Shown here piece by piece: positions 37,140 through 49,289 of a stretch of DNA of 64,000 nucleotides; the first letter of the stretch is position 1; each line of letters starts with the position of its first letter. The notes below the pieces were generated by a model. The model saw nothing but the letters and a program-made list of their open reading frames with translations, was not told where the DNA came from and ran no database searches. The position numbers and the translations under genes are program-made. This stretch comes from Octopus sinensis (taxonomy: Eukaryota). The DNA lies in NCBI RefSeq assembly GCF_006345805.1, contig NC_043010.1, forward strand, positions 11,718,001 through 11,782,000, written 5' to 3'.

Positions 37140-37544
37140 TTACTCTTTACTTGCTTCAGTCTTTTGACTGCGGCCATGCTCGAGCACCGCCTTTTAGTCG
37201 AGCAAATCGACCCAAGGACTTATTCTTTGTAAGCCTAGTACTTATTCTATCGGTCTCTTTTGCCGAACCGCTAAGTAACGGGGATGTAAACATACCAGCA
37301 TCGGTTGTCAAGCGATGTTGGGGGGGACAAACACAGACACACAAACACGCACACATATATACATACATATATATATATATGACAGGTTTCTTTCAGTTTC
37401 CGTCTACCAAATTCACTCACAAGGCTTTGGTCAGCCCGAGGCTATAGTAGAAGACACTTGCCCAAGATGCCATGCAGTGGGACTGAACCCAGAACCGTGT
37501 GGTTGGTAAGCAAGCTACTTACCACACAGCCACTCCTGCGCCTA
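37140..37544 (-). mobile_element. SINE-A full length
   Basis: Reverse complement of the consensus. Confidence 0.9.
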
Positions 37545-37841
37545 CAAATTTTGTCTACAAATTCCGAAAAAATAGCTCACTGCTTTGAGTATTCATTCTC
37601 ACTTTGAGTGAAATAGCAGTATGATCTCAGGAAAGACATTTAAAATGATTACCTGACGAAACACATCTTACACCTTTGATGGATGATACTGATTACATAA
37701 TATGTTAATTATATCATCTTACCAATGTATTACAGATGTAACGATGAGTGGGAAGAATTGTTGTGATTTTAAACTAAAAATGACATTGAATCCATTTTCT
37801 ATAATTCATCTATCTATCTATCTATCTACCTATCTATCTAC

Positions 37842-37905
<64 letters not shown>

Positions 37906-37926
37906 ATATGTATATATATATATATG

Positions 37927-37939
<13 letters not shown>

Positions 37940-37959
<20 letters not shown>

Positions 37960-38041
37960 GACAGGCTTCTTTCAGTTTCCGTCTACCAAATTCACTCACA
38001 AGGCTTTGGTCAGCCCAAGGCTATAGTAGAAGACACTTGCC
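37940..38041 (-). mobile_element. SINE-A fragment abutting the LINE
   Basis: gacaggcttctttcagtttcc...agaagacacttgccc. Confidence 0.85.
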
Positions 38042-39097
38042 CGTGGCGAACATGTACATCGCGTCCATCATCTACTACCGCCTGACCGTTGTGCCTTGTC
38101 CCAACCCTACCATCACCAAACTACAACGCATTCTCTTTCGCTTCTTGTGGAAAGGATGCGTCCCGATGGTCAGGCGATCCATTTGTGTCAACACCTGTTA
38201 AAAGGAAGACTGGGCATGCCGTGGTTGATGATGCGCAGACATGCGCTGAGAATGCGACACCTCAGGCTCTTCGTAGACGACGGTGAACAGGTGTGGTCGC
38301 CGTTTGTGAGGCACGCTTTTCCGCAGCTCGTCTCCATGACCGAACTGCAGTCGTGGATCAAAAAGAGGCTGAGGAAGGGCGAATGGCACCGTGAGTGTCG
38401 CGTTGCTCTCAAGCAACTCTGCCGTCCTGGGTCGACCTTGAGTGACTTCAACACAACCAAAGCATTCTATAGGGGATTAGTGGAGGGGAGGTACGACGAC
38501 GAGCTCGGGGCGAACCTGGACGTCGACGAGGAGTACCTGACCCGCCTGTTCAGGACGACTTTCGGGCCAGGGCCCATGGACAACTTCCAGAGATCCCTGG
38601 CCTGGCAGTGCTACCGAGAAGCGCTACCCGTTCGGGATAAGCTCTACAGTCACGGCTCGAGAAACACGGGGCCGACCTGCCCGAGATGCGGTCAGAGCGA
38701 CGAAACCGTTCTGCACGCACTCGTGCAGTGTCCAACAATTTCCGACCTGTGGGCTTATGTCGAACAACTGCTGTCACGTGTGGGACGAGTCGGTTTATCA
38801 GCTGAGTCTATCGTCAATATTGTCACGCCTCCTTCCTTCAAACGGGAAGGAAGAGCTATTTTCATCATCCTTGTGGCTATGGCGAAAGAATGTATCTGGT
38901 GGACGCGTCTGAAAGGATTGGAGACAAACACTTTCCTCTCTGGTCAATCTCTCATCAACTTCTTCAAGTACCACTTGAAAAGGAAAGTGAGAGTAGAGAG
39001 GCAAGTTTTGTCTAGCGAATGTTTTAAAAAAAGATGGGTGAATGTAGCAAGGATGGCACGTATGAATGACGAAGCCACCTTGAGCATAATCCTATGA
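38042..39097 (+). CDS. LINE ORF2 C-terminal fragment with zf-RVT-type zinc knuckle (one frameshift near 38187)
   Basis: QRILFRFLWKG...GRLGMPWL, SLAWQCYREALPVRDKL, CPRCGQSDETVLHALVQCP. Confidence 0.85.
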   Translation, partial: RGEHVHRVHHLLPPDRCALSQPYHHQTTTHSLSLLVERMRPDGQAIHLCQHLLKGRLGMPWLMMRRHALRMRHLRLFVDDGEQVWSPFVRHAFPQLVSMTELQSWIKKRLRKGEWHRECRVALKQLCRPGSTLSDFNTTKAFYRGLVEGRYDDELGANLDVDEEYLTRLFRTTFGPGPMDNFQRSLAWQCYREALPVRDKLYSHGSRNTGPTCPRCGQSDETVLHALVQCPTISDLWAYVEQLLSRVGRVGLSAESIVNIVTPPSFKREGRAIFIILVAMAKECIWWTRLKGLETNTFLSGQSLINFFKYHLKRKVRVERQVLSSECFKKRWVNVARMARMNDEATLSIIL

Positions 39098-39575
39098 ACC
39101 CAGAAATTGAAAACAGAGGGTTACCCACTTGCAAACAAATGTGGTAACATATAACAATATTGACCAAGGTTACCGTGGTCCTTTTCGTAGGCTTTTCTTC
39201 CCACGGATAAACCTTACTTGCTTTCCCCTTTACACCATATATCATAACACTGTGATACACGATCCCTATTGATCGTTTTTTCCTCTTCCCCTTTTTTTCC
39301 CCTTTTTTCTTCTTTTTTATTTCTCTTTTCTTTTGTTCCTTTTCCTTTTCTTTTTTTTTCTTTTTTTCTTTTTATTTTCTTTATTTTTTTTGTTCTTTTC
39401 TTCCTTTTTACGATCCCTCTTGATCGAAAACCTATGCCACCCCTTTTTTTTTGTTTCTTTTGTTTTTTGTTTTTTTCATCCCCCAAAAGAAAAGCTCTAC
39501 CTTGTAACTTGTCCCATCTGTGTGCAGCCCTGTGTGGCCAATAAAGAAACTTATCTATCTATCTATCTATTTATC

Positions 39576-39624
<49 letters not shown>

Positions 39625-39629
39625 TTATC

Positions 39630-39687
<58 letters not shown>

Positions 39688-39688
39688 A

Positions 39689-39721
<33 letters not shown>

Positions 39722-39742
39722 GTTGTCTGTCTATCTATCTAA

Positions 39743-39833
<91 letters not shown>

Positions 39834-39834
39834 C

Positions 39835-39869
<35 letters not shown>

Positions 39870-39895
39870 TCTATTTATCACATGGCTGCAAAGTG
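38042..39895 (+). mobile_element. 5'-truncated Tx1/L1-clade LINE with 3' UTR and (TATC)n tail
   Basis: ORF2 C-terminus, T-rich UTR 39098-39550, aataaa, (CTAT)n 39552-39895. Confidence 0.9.
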
Positions 39896-41029
39896 AGCTT
39901 CTTAACCTCACAGCCATGTCTCTCTGCCGACAGTATGTTTTTGTTTTTTTTTTTGTTTTGGGTTTTACTGTTTTTATATGTTACATATAGAGATATAAAT
40001 TAATTATCCTTTTATTAAGTGAGAACACAGAAGACAGTTTATAATAACCTTGTGTAATATACCAATTGTTTATGATATTTCAGATACAACTGATAATGCT
40101 TTATCTGAATTTTCCAAAATCTGAAAATGCTCAAAATATTTTCTTCGACAAGAAAAGTTTTATAAATGGAAAATTCCAGAAAGTACTTAGTAAAGTTTAA
40201 AACGCAGCTGTTTTAAGCGAGCATCAAATGGAAGTGTTAAACACGAAAGTGATGAATAGCTGTTTAATATTGTTGAAAAGCTTTATGTTAAATAGAAACA
40301 GTTAGTTATCATATTTCCTTTGAAATATACGGCCTTTATTTTCAGTGACTTTTTGAAATCAAATAATATAGAATTTAGTAAAATAACTTCGTAATTTTTA
40401 AGCTCGTGATTAGAACATAAATCAACGTGAAACTATTATGTGCCAGGTGAAACCACTTTAGTACCAAATTTATATGAAATTGCCTGGAGGATTTTTGCAT
40501 AAGTAATAATGCATATGTGTAATATATATCTGAACATCTTAATAATAATAAAAGGATAACATGCTTAGACATGGGTCCAATACTCAAGCTGTTCCATTCT
40601 ATTGATGCAAATTTATAGCCATTTGAAAAGTTGAAACCTCCAAAACTTGGAATACTTCTAATCTCATGCATTTAAAGTATAACAGATTATTAACTGTACT
40701 GGGTTTGGATTGGATTGGATTGGATTGGATTACCCATATTCAGTCCACTGCAGGACATAGGCATCAGTAAGTTTTTCTCCACCAGAAAATGGCTTGAGAT
40801 CTCACTGGTCTGATGGGTTTACTCTGCCACACTGGCTTGACATGGCTTGCCAGAGAGATGCAGTTTTATTTTCTCATACCCAGGAGTATTTAAGTCAATT
40901 ACATCAACTCCAGAGCTCAACTGGTACTTATTTTATCAACCTTGAAACTCAAACTCGGCAGGATTTGCACTTGGAACATAAAGATGGAAGAAATAAGTAT
41001 TTTTGTAGGTAGAGGATTTCCAAAAGAGG

Positions 41030-41347
41030 TCTCAGGCTGTCGTGTCCTTGCCTTCCTGAGCTAGTTTTCCACCACATTTCTTAAAAATCGTGGCAGAGGC
41101 CTTGGTCTCGGGACCACTCATTTTTAGAAACTGAGGTTGAGGGTAAGCAATGGCTAGCTCCCTGTAAAAGATCCAGCTCCAAAATAGCCTCATGATAGCA
41201 AAGGAGAATGGGCACCAGCCAGCCCAAAGGTTGGGGTGGGCTGCACCTGCCTCTGTTGCTATGGTATTGAGGTAGATCCGGCCACCCCTGTTAACGGGGA
41301 CAAAACCCAGATTTAAAATACTGAATGATGATGATGATGATGATGAT
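41030..41347 (+). mobile_element. Unnamed SINE-like repeat with (GAT)n tail
   Basis: Homologous to 62632-62920 (gagctagttttcc...gggtaagcaa...caaaggttggggtgggctgcacctgcc...gaggtagatcc). Confidence 0.7.
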
Positions 41348-41458
41348 GCTAATGATTCTGTCAGCACACCACCATAAATGTACTGTGTATATGACATAAT
41401 GTATTCATTCAAGCAAGGCAGTTATTTGATTGTTATTGAATAGAAAAAGATAATAAAT

Positions 41459-41707
41459 AACGTAAAGTATACTAGCCATCTCAATATGGCTAACCACTAA
41501 GGGTGGGTGTTACTGTAGCTTTTAGCCCCAGGAGATTATCGTCTCCAGCTGGCTTTAGGCACACTTTCTGTGCCCTTATGGTATTTGCAAGGGCACAGAA
41601 AGTGTGCCTAAAGCCAGCTGGAGACGATGATCTCCTGGGGCTAAAAGCTACAGTAACACCCACCCTTAGTGGTTAGCCATATTGAGATGACTAGTATACT
41701 TTACGTT
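41459..41707. repeat. Long inverted repeat, 119-bp arms, 11-nt spacer
   Basis: 41459-41577 is the reverse complement of 41589-41707 with 2 mismatches. Confidence 0.95.
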
Positions 41708-42054
41708 GTCGAGCAGTTACTGTTTACATCTCGTTCAGAGATTTATCATTGCTGACAAGAAATAAGTTAAAATTTTAAGTTGCAGGTGAAATTTGGAGTA
41801 AAGCACGAATAGAAGTAATGTTAAGAAACACCTCAGAGAGAACACTTGCAAGACGAATGTAAACATTGCGAGAGGTAGGGCTGAGATGAGAAATGTTCTA
41901 ATGGTCACTCGATCATCCAAAACTCTGTTACTGTCATTATTATAATAGAAAAGAGGAAAAGAGATTGGGCTCTGTCGAAATAATGAATCAGAACACGAAA
42001 TTCTATCCAATGAGACAATGAGATGTTTGTCATTATTTAAGGAAAGTAAACATA

Positions 42055-42219
42055 GGCGCAGGAGTGGCTGTGTGGTAAGTAGCTTGCTTACCAACCACAT
42101 GGTTCCGGGTTCAGTCCCACTGCATGGCATCTTGGGCAAGTGTCTTCTGCTATAGCCCCGGGCTGACCAATGCCTTGTGAGTGGATTTGGTAGACGGAAA
42201 CTGAAAGAAGCCCGTCACA

Positions 42220-42250
<31 letters not shown>

Positions 42251-42484
42251 GCGTGTGTGTGTTTGTGTGTCTGTGTTTGTCCTCCTAGCATTGCTTGACA
42301 ACCGATGCTGGTGTGTTTATGTCCCCGTCACTTAGCGGTTCAGCAAAAAGAGTCCGATAGAATAAGTACTGGGCTTACAAAAGAATAAGTCCCGGGGTCG
42401 ATCTGCTCGACTAAAGGCGGTGCTCCAGCATGGCCGCAGTCAAATGACTGAAACAAGTAAAAAAGAAAGAAAGAAAGAAAAGAA
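42055..42484 (+). mobile_element. SINE-A full length
   Basis: Consensus match. Confidence 0.9.
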
Positions 42485-42657
42485 TTAAGAACTAACTATA
42501 AGCCAATGACCCAAGTTCAAAGCAGTGAGACTGTGTTTTGCTGATGAGGGGATGCAAGGTCTTGGGGTATCAAGACTGAACATGTGCAGTATTGTTATCA
42601 TGCAGACGAAGATCAGATTATTTTTGACTTCAATCCGTTTTTAATTAAAAGACTTAA

Positions 42658-42877
42658 CCCTTTCGTTACTGAATTTATTTTGAGGGGTTCTGTGTTTCTT
42701 TCAAGTACATTAAATATAACAAAGAATTTCATGAAATAACTTAGTTATCATTAAGCTAGAGTTAGGAACATAAATTGTGACTAAGGTTTGGTGGAAGATT
42801 TTAATTCAAAACTTATGAAAACAAGGCATTTGTACTACAGAGCCAGAGCCGGTTTCAGCCGGGTTGGTAACGAAGGG
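42658..42877. mobile_element. piggyBac-like MITE with TTAA TSD (duplicate at 44372-44592)
   Basis: TTAA-ccctttcgttac ... gtaacgaa(a)ggg-TTAA. Confidence 0.85.
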
Positions 42878-43154
42878 TTAAATAGTGATGTTTGTTCCCA
42901 TGACTTTGTTGTTCATTGTTAGTCATTAAAATATTCATTCCAATAAAGGGTCCTGTTATTATTTAGAGAAATAATATATAGAAAACAAGGTTAGGAAAGC
43001 TTCGATAAAAACGCAACAAATTACTTTGCTTCATTCTACATCTGTGGTTTTCATCATCTTCTAACACATGTCATCGCTTCATCTATTTTATCGATTTTAC
43101 TTGTATTGCTTATTGCGACAATAGCATCATAGGTTACATATTTGACTGCACGTA

Positions 43155-43597
43155 TGAGAGGGTGTTGAAAAGTTCCTAGATTCAAGATTATTGCAGAAGG
43201 CCTGGTTGAAAGCCCAACATTCCAAGTTCTTCTACAGGGCTTAGAGCAGTGGTTTTCAACCAGGGTTCGAGGAACCTTAGAGTTCCACCAGTACAGTCCA
43301 GGGGTTCCGCAAGAAGTTACAAAACTCCGAAAATCGGCAGTAATTTTTAATTCTCCTGTGCAGAGATGTCTGCATGAGACTATTAAACTATTGCACAGGG
43401 GTTCCTCGAGCCAGTGGAATGTTTCCTTGGGGTTCCGCTCCAGCAAAAAGTTTGAAAAGCACTGTGGTAGAGAAACTGAAGGACCACTGCAATAAGTGCG
43501 TGAATCTGAGGTGGGAATATTTTGAATAAAATCATAATTAACTGATCCTCTTGTATTTTTTTTTACCCAAAGCCAGGAACTTTCCAGCACCCCCTCA
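43155..43597 (-). mobile_element. Mariner-type MITE with TA TSD (duplicate at ~44869-45313)
   Basis: TA-tgagagggtgttgaaaagttcct ... aggaactttccagcaccccctca-TA; same family at 50716-50779 and 54520-54700. Confidence 0.8.
43247..43464. mobile_element. hAT (Charlie-like) MITE nested in the mariner MITE
   Basis: TIRs cagtggttttcaac / gtttgaaaagcactg; imperfect 8-bp TSD gcttagag / tggtagag. Confidence 0.7.
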
Positions 43598-43713
43598 TAC
43601 TTTGCTGGCAAGAATGACAAGGGATTGCCTGTGCTACTCAAGTGAAACAAATATCATAAGGGCTTTTGTTCAAAAGAACTTATATATCAGTCTTCTCTTC
43701 ATCATCATTTAAT

Positions 43714-43950
43714 ACTCTTTACTCTTTTACATGTTTCAGTCATTTGACTGCGGCCATGCTGGAGCACCGCCTTTAGTCGAGCAAATCGACCCTGGGACTT
43801 ATTCTTTGTAAGCCCAGTACTTATTCTATCGGTCTCTTTTGCCGAACTGCTAAGTGACGGGGACGTAAAAAACACCAGCATCGGTTGTCAAGCAATGCTA
43901 GGAGTACAAACACAGACACACAAACACATACTCATACATACATATATAAT
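43714..43950 (-). mobile_element. SINE-A 3' half
   Basis: Reverse complement of the consensus, ending at the internal TA tract. Confidence 0.85.
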
Positions 43951-43954
43951 ATAT

Positions 43955-44198
43955 ATATATATATGCGTGTGTGTGTTTGTGTGTCTGTGTTTGTCCTCCT
44001 AGCATTGCTTGACAACCGATGCTGGTGTGTTTATGTCCCCGTCACTTAGCGGTTCAGCAAAAAGAGTCCGATAGAATAAGTACTGGGCTTACAAAAGAAT
44101 AAGTCCCGGGGTCGATCTGCTCGACTAAAGGCGGTGCTCCAGCATGGCCGCAGTCAAATGACTGAAACAAGTAAAAAAGAAAGAAAGAAAGAAAAGAA
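43955..44198 (+). mobile_element. SINE-A 3' half (duplicated from 42240-42484)
   Basis: Matches the 3' half of the 42055 copy. Confidence 0.85.
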
Positions 44199-45430
44199 TT
44201 AAGAACTAACTATAAGCCAATGACCCAAGTTCAAAGCAGTGAGACTGTGTTTTGCTGATGAGGGGATGCAAGGTCTTGGGGTATCAAGACTGAACATGTG
44301 CAGTATTGTTATCATGCAGACGAAGATCAGATTATTTTTGACTTCAATCCGTTTTTAATTAAAAGACTTAACCCTTTCGTTACTGAATTTATTTTGAGGG
44401 GTTCTGTGTTTCTTTCAATTACATTAAATATAACAAAGAATTTCATGAAATAACTTAGTTATCATTAAGCTAGAGTTAGGAACATAAATTGTGACTAAGG
44501 TTTGGTGGAAGATTTTAATTCAAAACTTATGAAAACAAGGCATTTGTACTACAGAGCCAGAGCCGGTTTCAGCCGGGTTGGTAACGAAAGGGTTAAATAG
44601 TGATGTTTGTTTCCCATGACTTTGTTGTTCATTGTTAGTCATTAAAATATTCATTCCAATAAAGGGTCCTGTTATTATTTAGAGAAATAATATATAGAAA
44701 ACAAGGTTAGGAAAGCTTCGATAAAAACGCAACAAATTACTTTGCTTCATTCTACATCCGTGGTTTTCATCATCTTCTAACACATGTCATCGCTTCATCT
44801 ATTTTATCGATTTTACTTGTATTGCTTATTGCGACAATAGCATCATAGGTTACATATTTGACTGCACGTATGAGAGGGTGTTGAAAAGTTCCTAGATTCA
44901 AGATTATTGCAGAAGGCCTGGTTGAAAGCCCAACCTTCCAAGTTCTTCTACAGGGCTTAGAGCAGTGGTTTTCAACCAGGGTTCCGAGGAACCTTAGAGT
45001 TCCACCAGTACAGTCCAGGGGTTCCGCAAGAAGTTACAAAACTCCGAAAATCGGCAGTAATTTTTAATTCTCCTGTGCAGAGATGTCTGCATGAGACTAT
45101 TAAACTATTGCACAGGGGTTCCTCGAGCCAGTGGAATGTTTCCTTGGGGTTCCGCTCCAGCAAAAAGTTTGAAAAGCACTGTGGTAGAGAAACTGAAGGA
45201 CCACTGCAATAAGTGCGTGAATCTGAGGTGGGAATATTTTGAATAAAATCATAATTAACTGATCCTCTTGTATTTTCTTTTACCCAAAGCCAGGAACTTT
45301 CCAGCACCCCCTCATACTTTGCTGGCAAGAATGACAAGGGATTGCCTGTGCTACTCAAGTGAAACAAATATCATAAGGGCTTTTGTTCAAAAGAACTTAT
45401 ATATCAGTCTTCTCTTCATCATCATTTAAT

Positions 45431-45845
45431 ACTCTTTACTCTTTTACATGTTTCAGTCATTTGACTGCGGCCATGCTGGAGCACCGCCTTTAGTCGAGCA
45501 AATCGACCCTGGGACTTATTCTTTGTAAGCCCAGTACTTATTCTATCGGTCTCTTTTGCCGAACTGCTAAGTGACGGGGACGTAAAAAACACCAGCATCG
45601 GTTGTCAAGCAATGCTAGGAGTACAAACACAGACACACAAACACATACTCATACATACATATATATATATATACATATATACAACAGGCTTCTTTCAGTT
45701 TCCGTCTACCAAATCCACTCACAAGGCATTGGTCGGCCCGGTGCTATAGCAGAAGACACTTGTCCAAGATGCCACACAGTGGACTGAACCCGGAACCATG
45801 TGGTTGGTAAGCAAGCTACTTACCACACAGCCACTCCTGCGCCTA
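45431..45845 (-). mobile_element. SINE-A full length
   Basis: Reverse complement of the consensus. Confidence 0.9.
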
Positions 45846-46334
45846 ATCTGTTTTCCATGCTCACATTGGTTGGATGGTTTCACAATTAGGCATATATAAT
45901 CAGCTTTTGTATAGTTTTTGTCTACCAAATTCCACTCACAAAACATTTATCAGGCAACAAATCTATGGCTGCAGACACTTGTCCAAGATGCCACACAGTA
46001 GGGTTGAGTCCTGAATGATATGGTTGGAAAGCAAAAATATAACCTCACAGTCATGACTGCTTTGCTATAATCTTTTCCCTTACAGAATCTGTAATAATCT
46101 GTTATAATCGCTTATTGCATAGATTCTACTTAAAACAGTAAATGACTAAAAAAATAGACTAATTAAATGTATGCATGAAAGCACTAATCTGACTGATTAT
46201 TGATGGAAATGATGCAAAGGCATCGTTAATTCAGTTGCCTTCCACTAACACACCAAGTAATTGTTGTGCTCAAAAACCGAAATGGATGTGCACACACACA
46301 CACACACACGTGCGCACACCACACACACACACAA

Positions 46335-46635
46335 ATCATCATCATCATTGTCTTGACCGTGGTCGAGACAATGGAATTTACTATGTTACGCCAGACTTCA
46401 CGGTCCATCATAGCATTACGGAGGTCCTGTTGCTGGATGCCTGTATCCCTGGAGATTACATCAGGGTAGGAGAGCGTGCGCCCTCTGGTATCGCGAGCAG
46501 ATGGCTTCCAGAGGAGAAGAGCAGAAATTACCTCGTTTTCAGCTCTACAACAATGTCCAGCAAACTGGATTCTTCTACCTTTCACAAGAGATGATACAGG
46601 TGGTAGTTTCCCATATATTTGTACTTTGGTTGGAT
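46335..46635 (-). mobile_element. RTE-clade LINE 3' end
   Basis: IYGKLPPVSSLVKGRRIQFAGHCCRA...DREVWRNIV; (GAT)n tail; near-identical copy at 59340-59615. Confidence 0.85.
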
Positions 46636-47460
46636 CACACACACACACACACACATACATATACACAATCACATACACACACACACCTGCTCAGCTGGAT
46701 ATTACATAGAGGACATTAAAAAGGTAATAAAATGCATGAAAAATAAAATAAAACAAGTGTGCTTTTAAGTAAAAGAATGAAAAACTATATTCTCTTTTAA
46801 TTAAAACAACTAAAGAGAAAAAAAAACAGACCACCCAGCAAGGGAGCATTATGCAAACATTCAACGTGTTAGAAATAGCAGCTAAGCATTTCAAAAACAT
46901 TTTTTTGGGGGGGAACTGTTGCACTTGTAGATTGGTGCTCTCAGATCAGGTGATGGGGGAAATGGGAGATGGAAGGATATATGTAATAGAGAGAAGGGAA
47001 AAAGTGGAAGAGATTGGTTAGAAATAAGTAGGTGATAAGCAGAGTTAAGGATGCAAGGTCTTGGGGTATCAAATGTAGGCTAGGTAGGGTGCAAAAACCT
47101 CAGCTTCTAAACCAGGAATGGGCAACCTTTTTGCAAGAACAACGTCACATAAATCATGGTTCGTCCTCAAGCAGGCCACATTGCTAAAAAACCCAATTTT
47201 TCATTGGTGTACCATTCAGAAATTCTCACAGGCCACAGTTAGCTTTTCTAAACACTGCTCTTATTTCAATGCAAGTTTTCCCTGAGTAATTGAGTTTCCT
47301 AAAGTATCGCATACTACCAATCAATGCAGTCCTTAGTCATCTGCCCCATGAGCTGCAGCAGCTCAAATTAATGTACACTATTTCATTCCCTTTGTCTCTC
47401 TCTACCACAGATCCACCAATGTGGAGCATTTGGCACTTATTTATCTCTTTAGCATTTAAA

Positions 47461-47974
47461 TCTATATATATAAAACTGTAGTTGTGTGAGTGTCTGTCCC
47501 CTTCGATTTAGATTCCTAACTACTCCCACATTTTGCGGTGCAGTTTAACCAAATTCGGGTATCTTATAGTCGTGATTCATATCAAGCCCGTCTGGCTATT
47601 AGCGTGCATCAACGATGAGTCTACGATTTTTAAAATAATTTAACATCATTTTTTATTCCATTTTAATGCATAATTTTTCGATGTGTCGATGGCGGCGGAG
47701 TTGGCGTCCATGGTCACACCTGCACCTGTTTGCTTCTCCCCCTTCTTCCCTCCCTCGTGAAGCTGTGGGGAAGGGAGTGTAAGGAAATCAACCTCGTAAA
47801 GCGTTGTCAAGGAGACCAGCGTTCTTTTAGAACAACGACTTCATGGCTTGAAGACACCAAAACAGAAATGGCTAAGAAAGCCCGAATTGGCATCTATAAG
47901 GGAAGTAACTCTCTAAAAATGCTTATATAGTTATTTCCCTTACAAACCCGAGCAACGCCGGGCGATACTGCTAG
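47461..47974 (+). mobile_element. Non-autonomous Helitron (long variant)
   Basis: A|TC start, cccgagcaacgccggg hairpin, CTAG|T end. Confidence 0.85.
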
Positions 47975-48098
47975 TTGTCCATATCCAGCAAAACTTTCTA
48001 CCTATTTTATGTTCACACTGACCAGATCAAGCCTTTCACACCTACCCTCCAATGTTGTTCTAAATTAAAACAATCGCAATCTTGACAAAGTGTGATAA

Positions 48099-48492
48099 TC
48101 TTTATATATAAAAGTGAAGTTGTGTCTCTGTCTCCTACGATTTAGATTCCTAACTACTCCCACATTTTGCGGTGCAGTGTAACCAAAAGCAGGTATCTTA
48201 TAGTTGTGATTCATATCGAGCCCTTCTGGGTATTAGCGCAAGTCTACGATGAGTCTACGATTTAAAAAAAAATTTACCATCATTTTTTCCCATTTTTAAT
48301 GCATTTTTTGCTATTATATAAGGGAAGTAACTCTCTAAAAATGTGTTATTAAATCTCAGAACGTAAAAAGCTACAGTAACACCCCACTTTGTGGTTAGCC
48401 ATATTGAGATGGCTATTATACTTAACATCTCTAAAAATGCTTCTATAGTTATTTCCCTTACAAACCCGAGCAACGACGGGCGATACTGCTAG
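48099..48492 (+). mobile_element. Non-autonomous Helitron with foreign insert
   Basis: A|TC start, cccgagcaacgacggg hairpin, CTAG|T end; insert at ~48360-48428. Confidence 0.85.
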
Positions 48493-48710
48493 TGTATATT
48501 AATTCAATACAATAAATAAGCATAACATTTGTCGGAGTAATCCAAATGCTAAAGATTTATACAGCAATCATTCTCCATACACGTCACACGCTCATACTAA
48601 CACAGACTTTTCTCTTGCACTCTACACCTGATTCCTCTTACACCCAGGTTTTCTCACAGTGCATTTATACTCTGGCATTTGTGCACACTAAGACTGAGTT
48701 CAAATTATTA

Positions 48711-49285
48711 TTTCTTTACTGCCCACAAGGGGCTACATACAGAGAGGACAAACAAAGACAGACAAACGGATTAAGTCGATTATATCCACCTCAGTGCATA
48801 GCTGGTACTTATTTAATCGATTCCGAAAGGATGAAAGGCAAAGTCGACCTCGACGGAATTTGAACTCAGAACGTAACGACAGACGAAATACCTATTTCTT
48901 TACTACCCACAAAGGGCTAAACACAGAGGGGACAAACAAGGACAGACAAACGGATTAAGTTAATTATATCGACCCCAGTGCATAACTAGTACTTATTTAA
49001 TCGATCCCGAAAGGATGAAAGGCAAAGTCGACCTTGACGGAATTTGAACTCAGAACGTAATGACAGACGAAATACCTATTTCTTTACTACCCACAAGGGG
49101 CTAAACACAGAGGGGATAAACAAGGACAGACAAACGGATTAAGCCGATTACATTGACTCCAGTGCATAACTGGTATTATTAATCGACCCCGAAAGGCAAT
49201 GTCGACCTCAGCGGAATTTGAACTCAGAACGTAAAGACAGACAAAATACCACAAAGCATTTCGCCCAACGTGTTAATGTTTCTGT
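48711..49285 (-). mobile_element. SINE-C with three tandem bodies (about 183-bp period)
   Basis: tttctttact(a/g)cccacaa repeated near 48711, 48896 and 49078. Confidence 0.85.
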
Positions 49286-49289
49286 CAGC

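Larger units (their letters stand above)
42240..45665 (+). repeat. Tandem duplication, unit about 1714 bp
   Basis: 42251 onward matches 43965 onward; about 7 small differences seen. Confidence 0.9.

Noticed and set aside
40375-40671. 98-aa minus-strand ORF
   Set aside because: No recognisable motif or splice signals; this length is reachable by chance.
42541-42590. ctgatgag motif
   Set aside because: No downstream stem II plus GAAA.
43054-43650. 198-aa ORF
   Set aside because: It spans a mariner MITE, a nested hAT MITE and flank; the duplicate copy is frameshifted.
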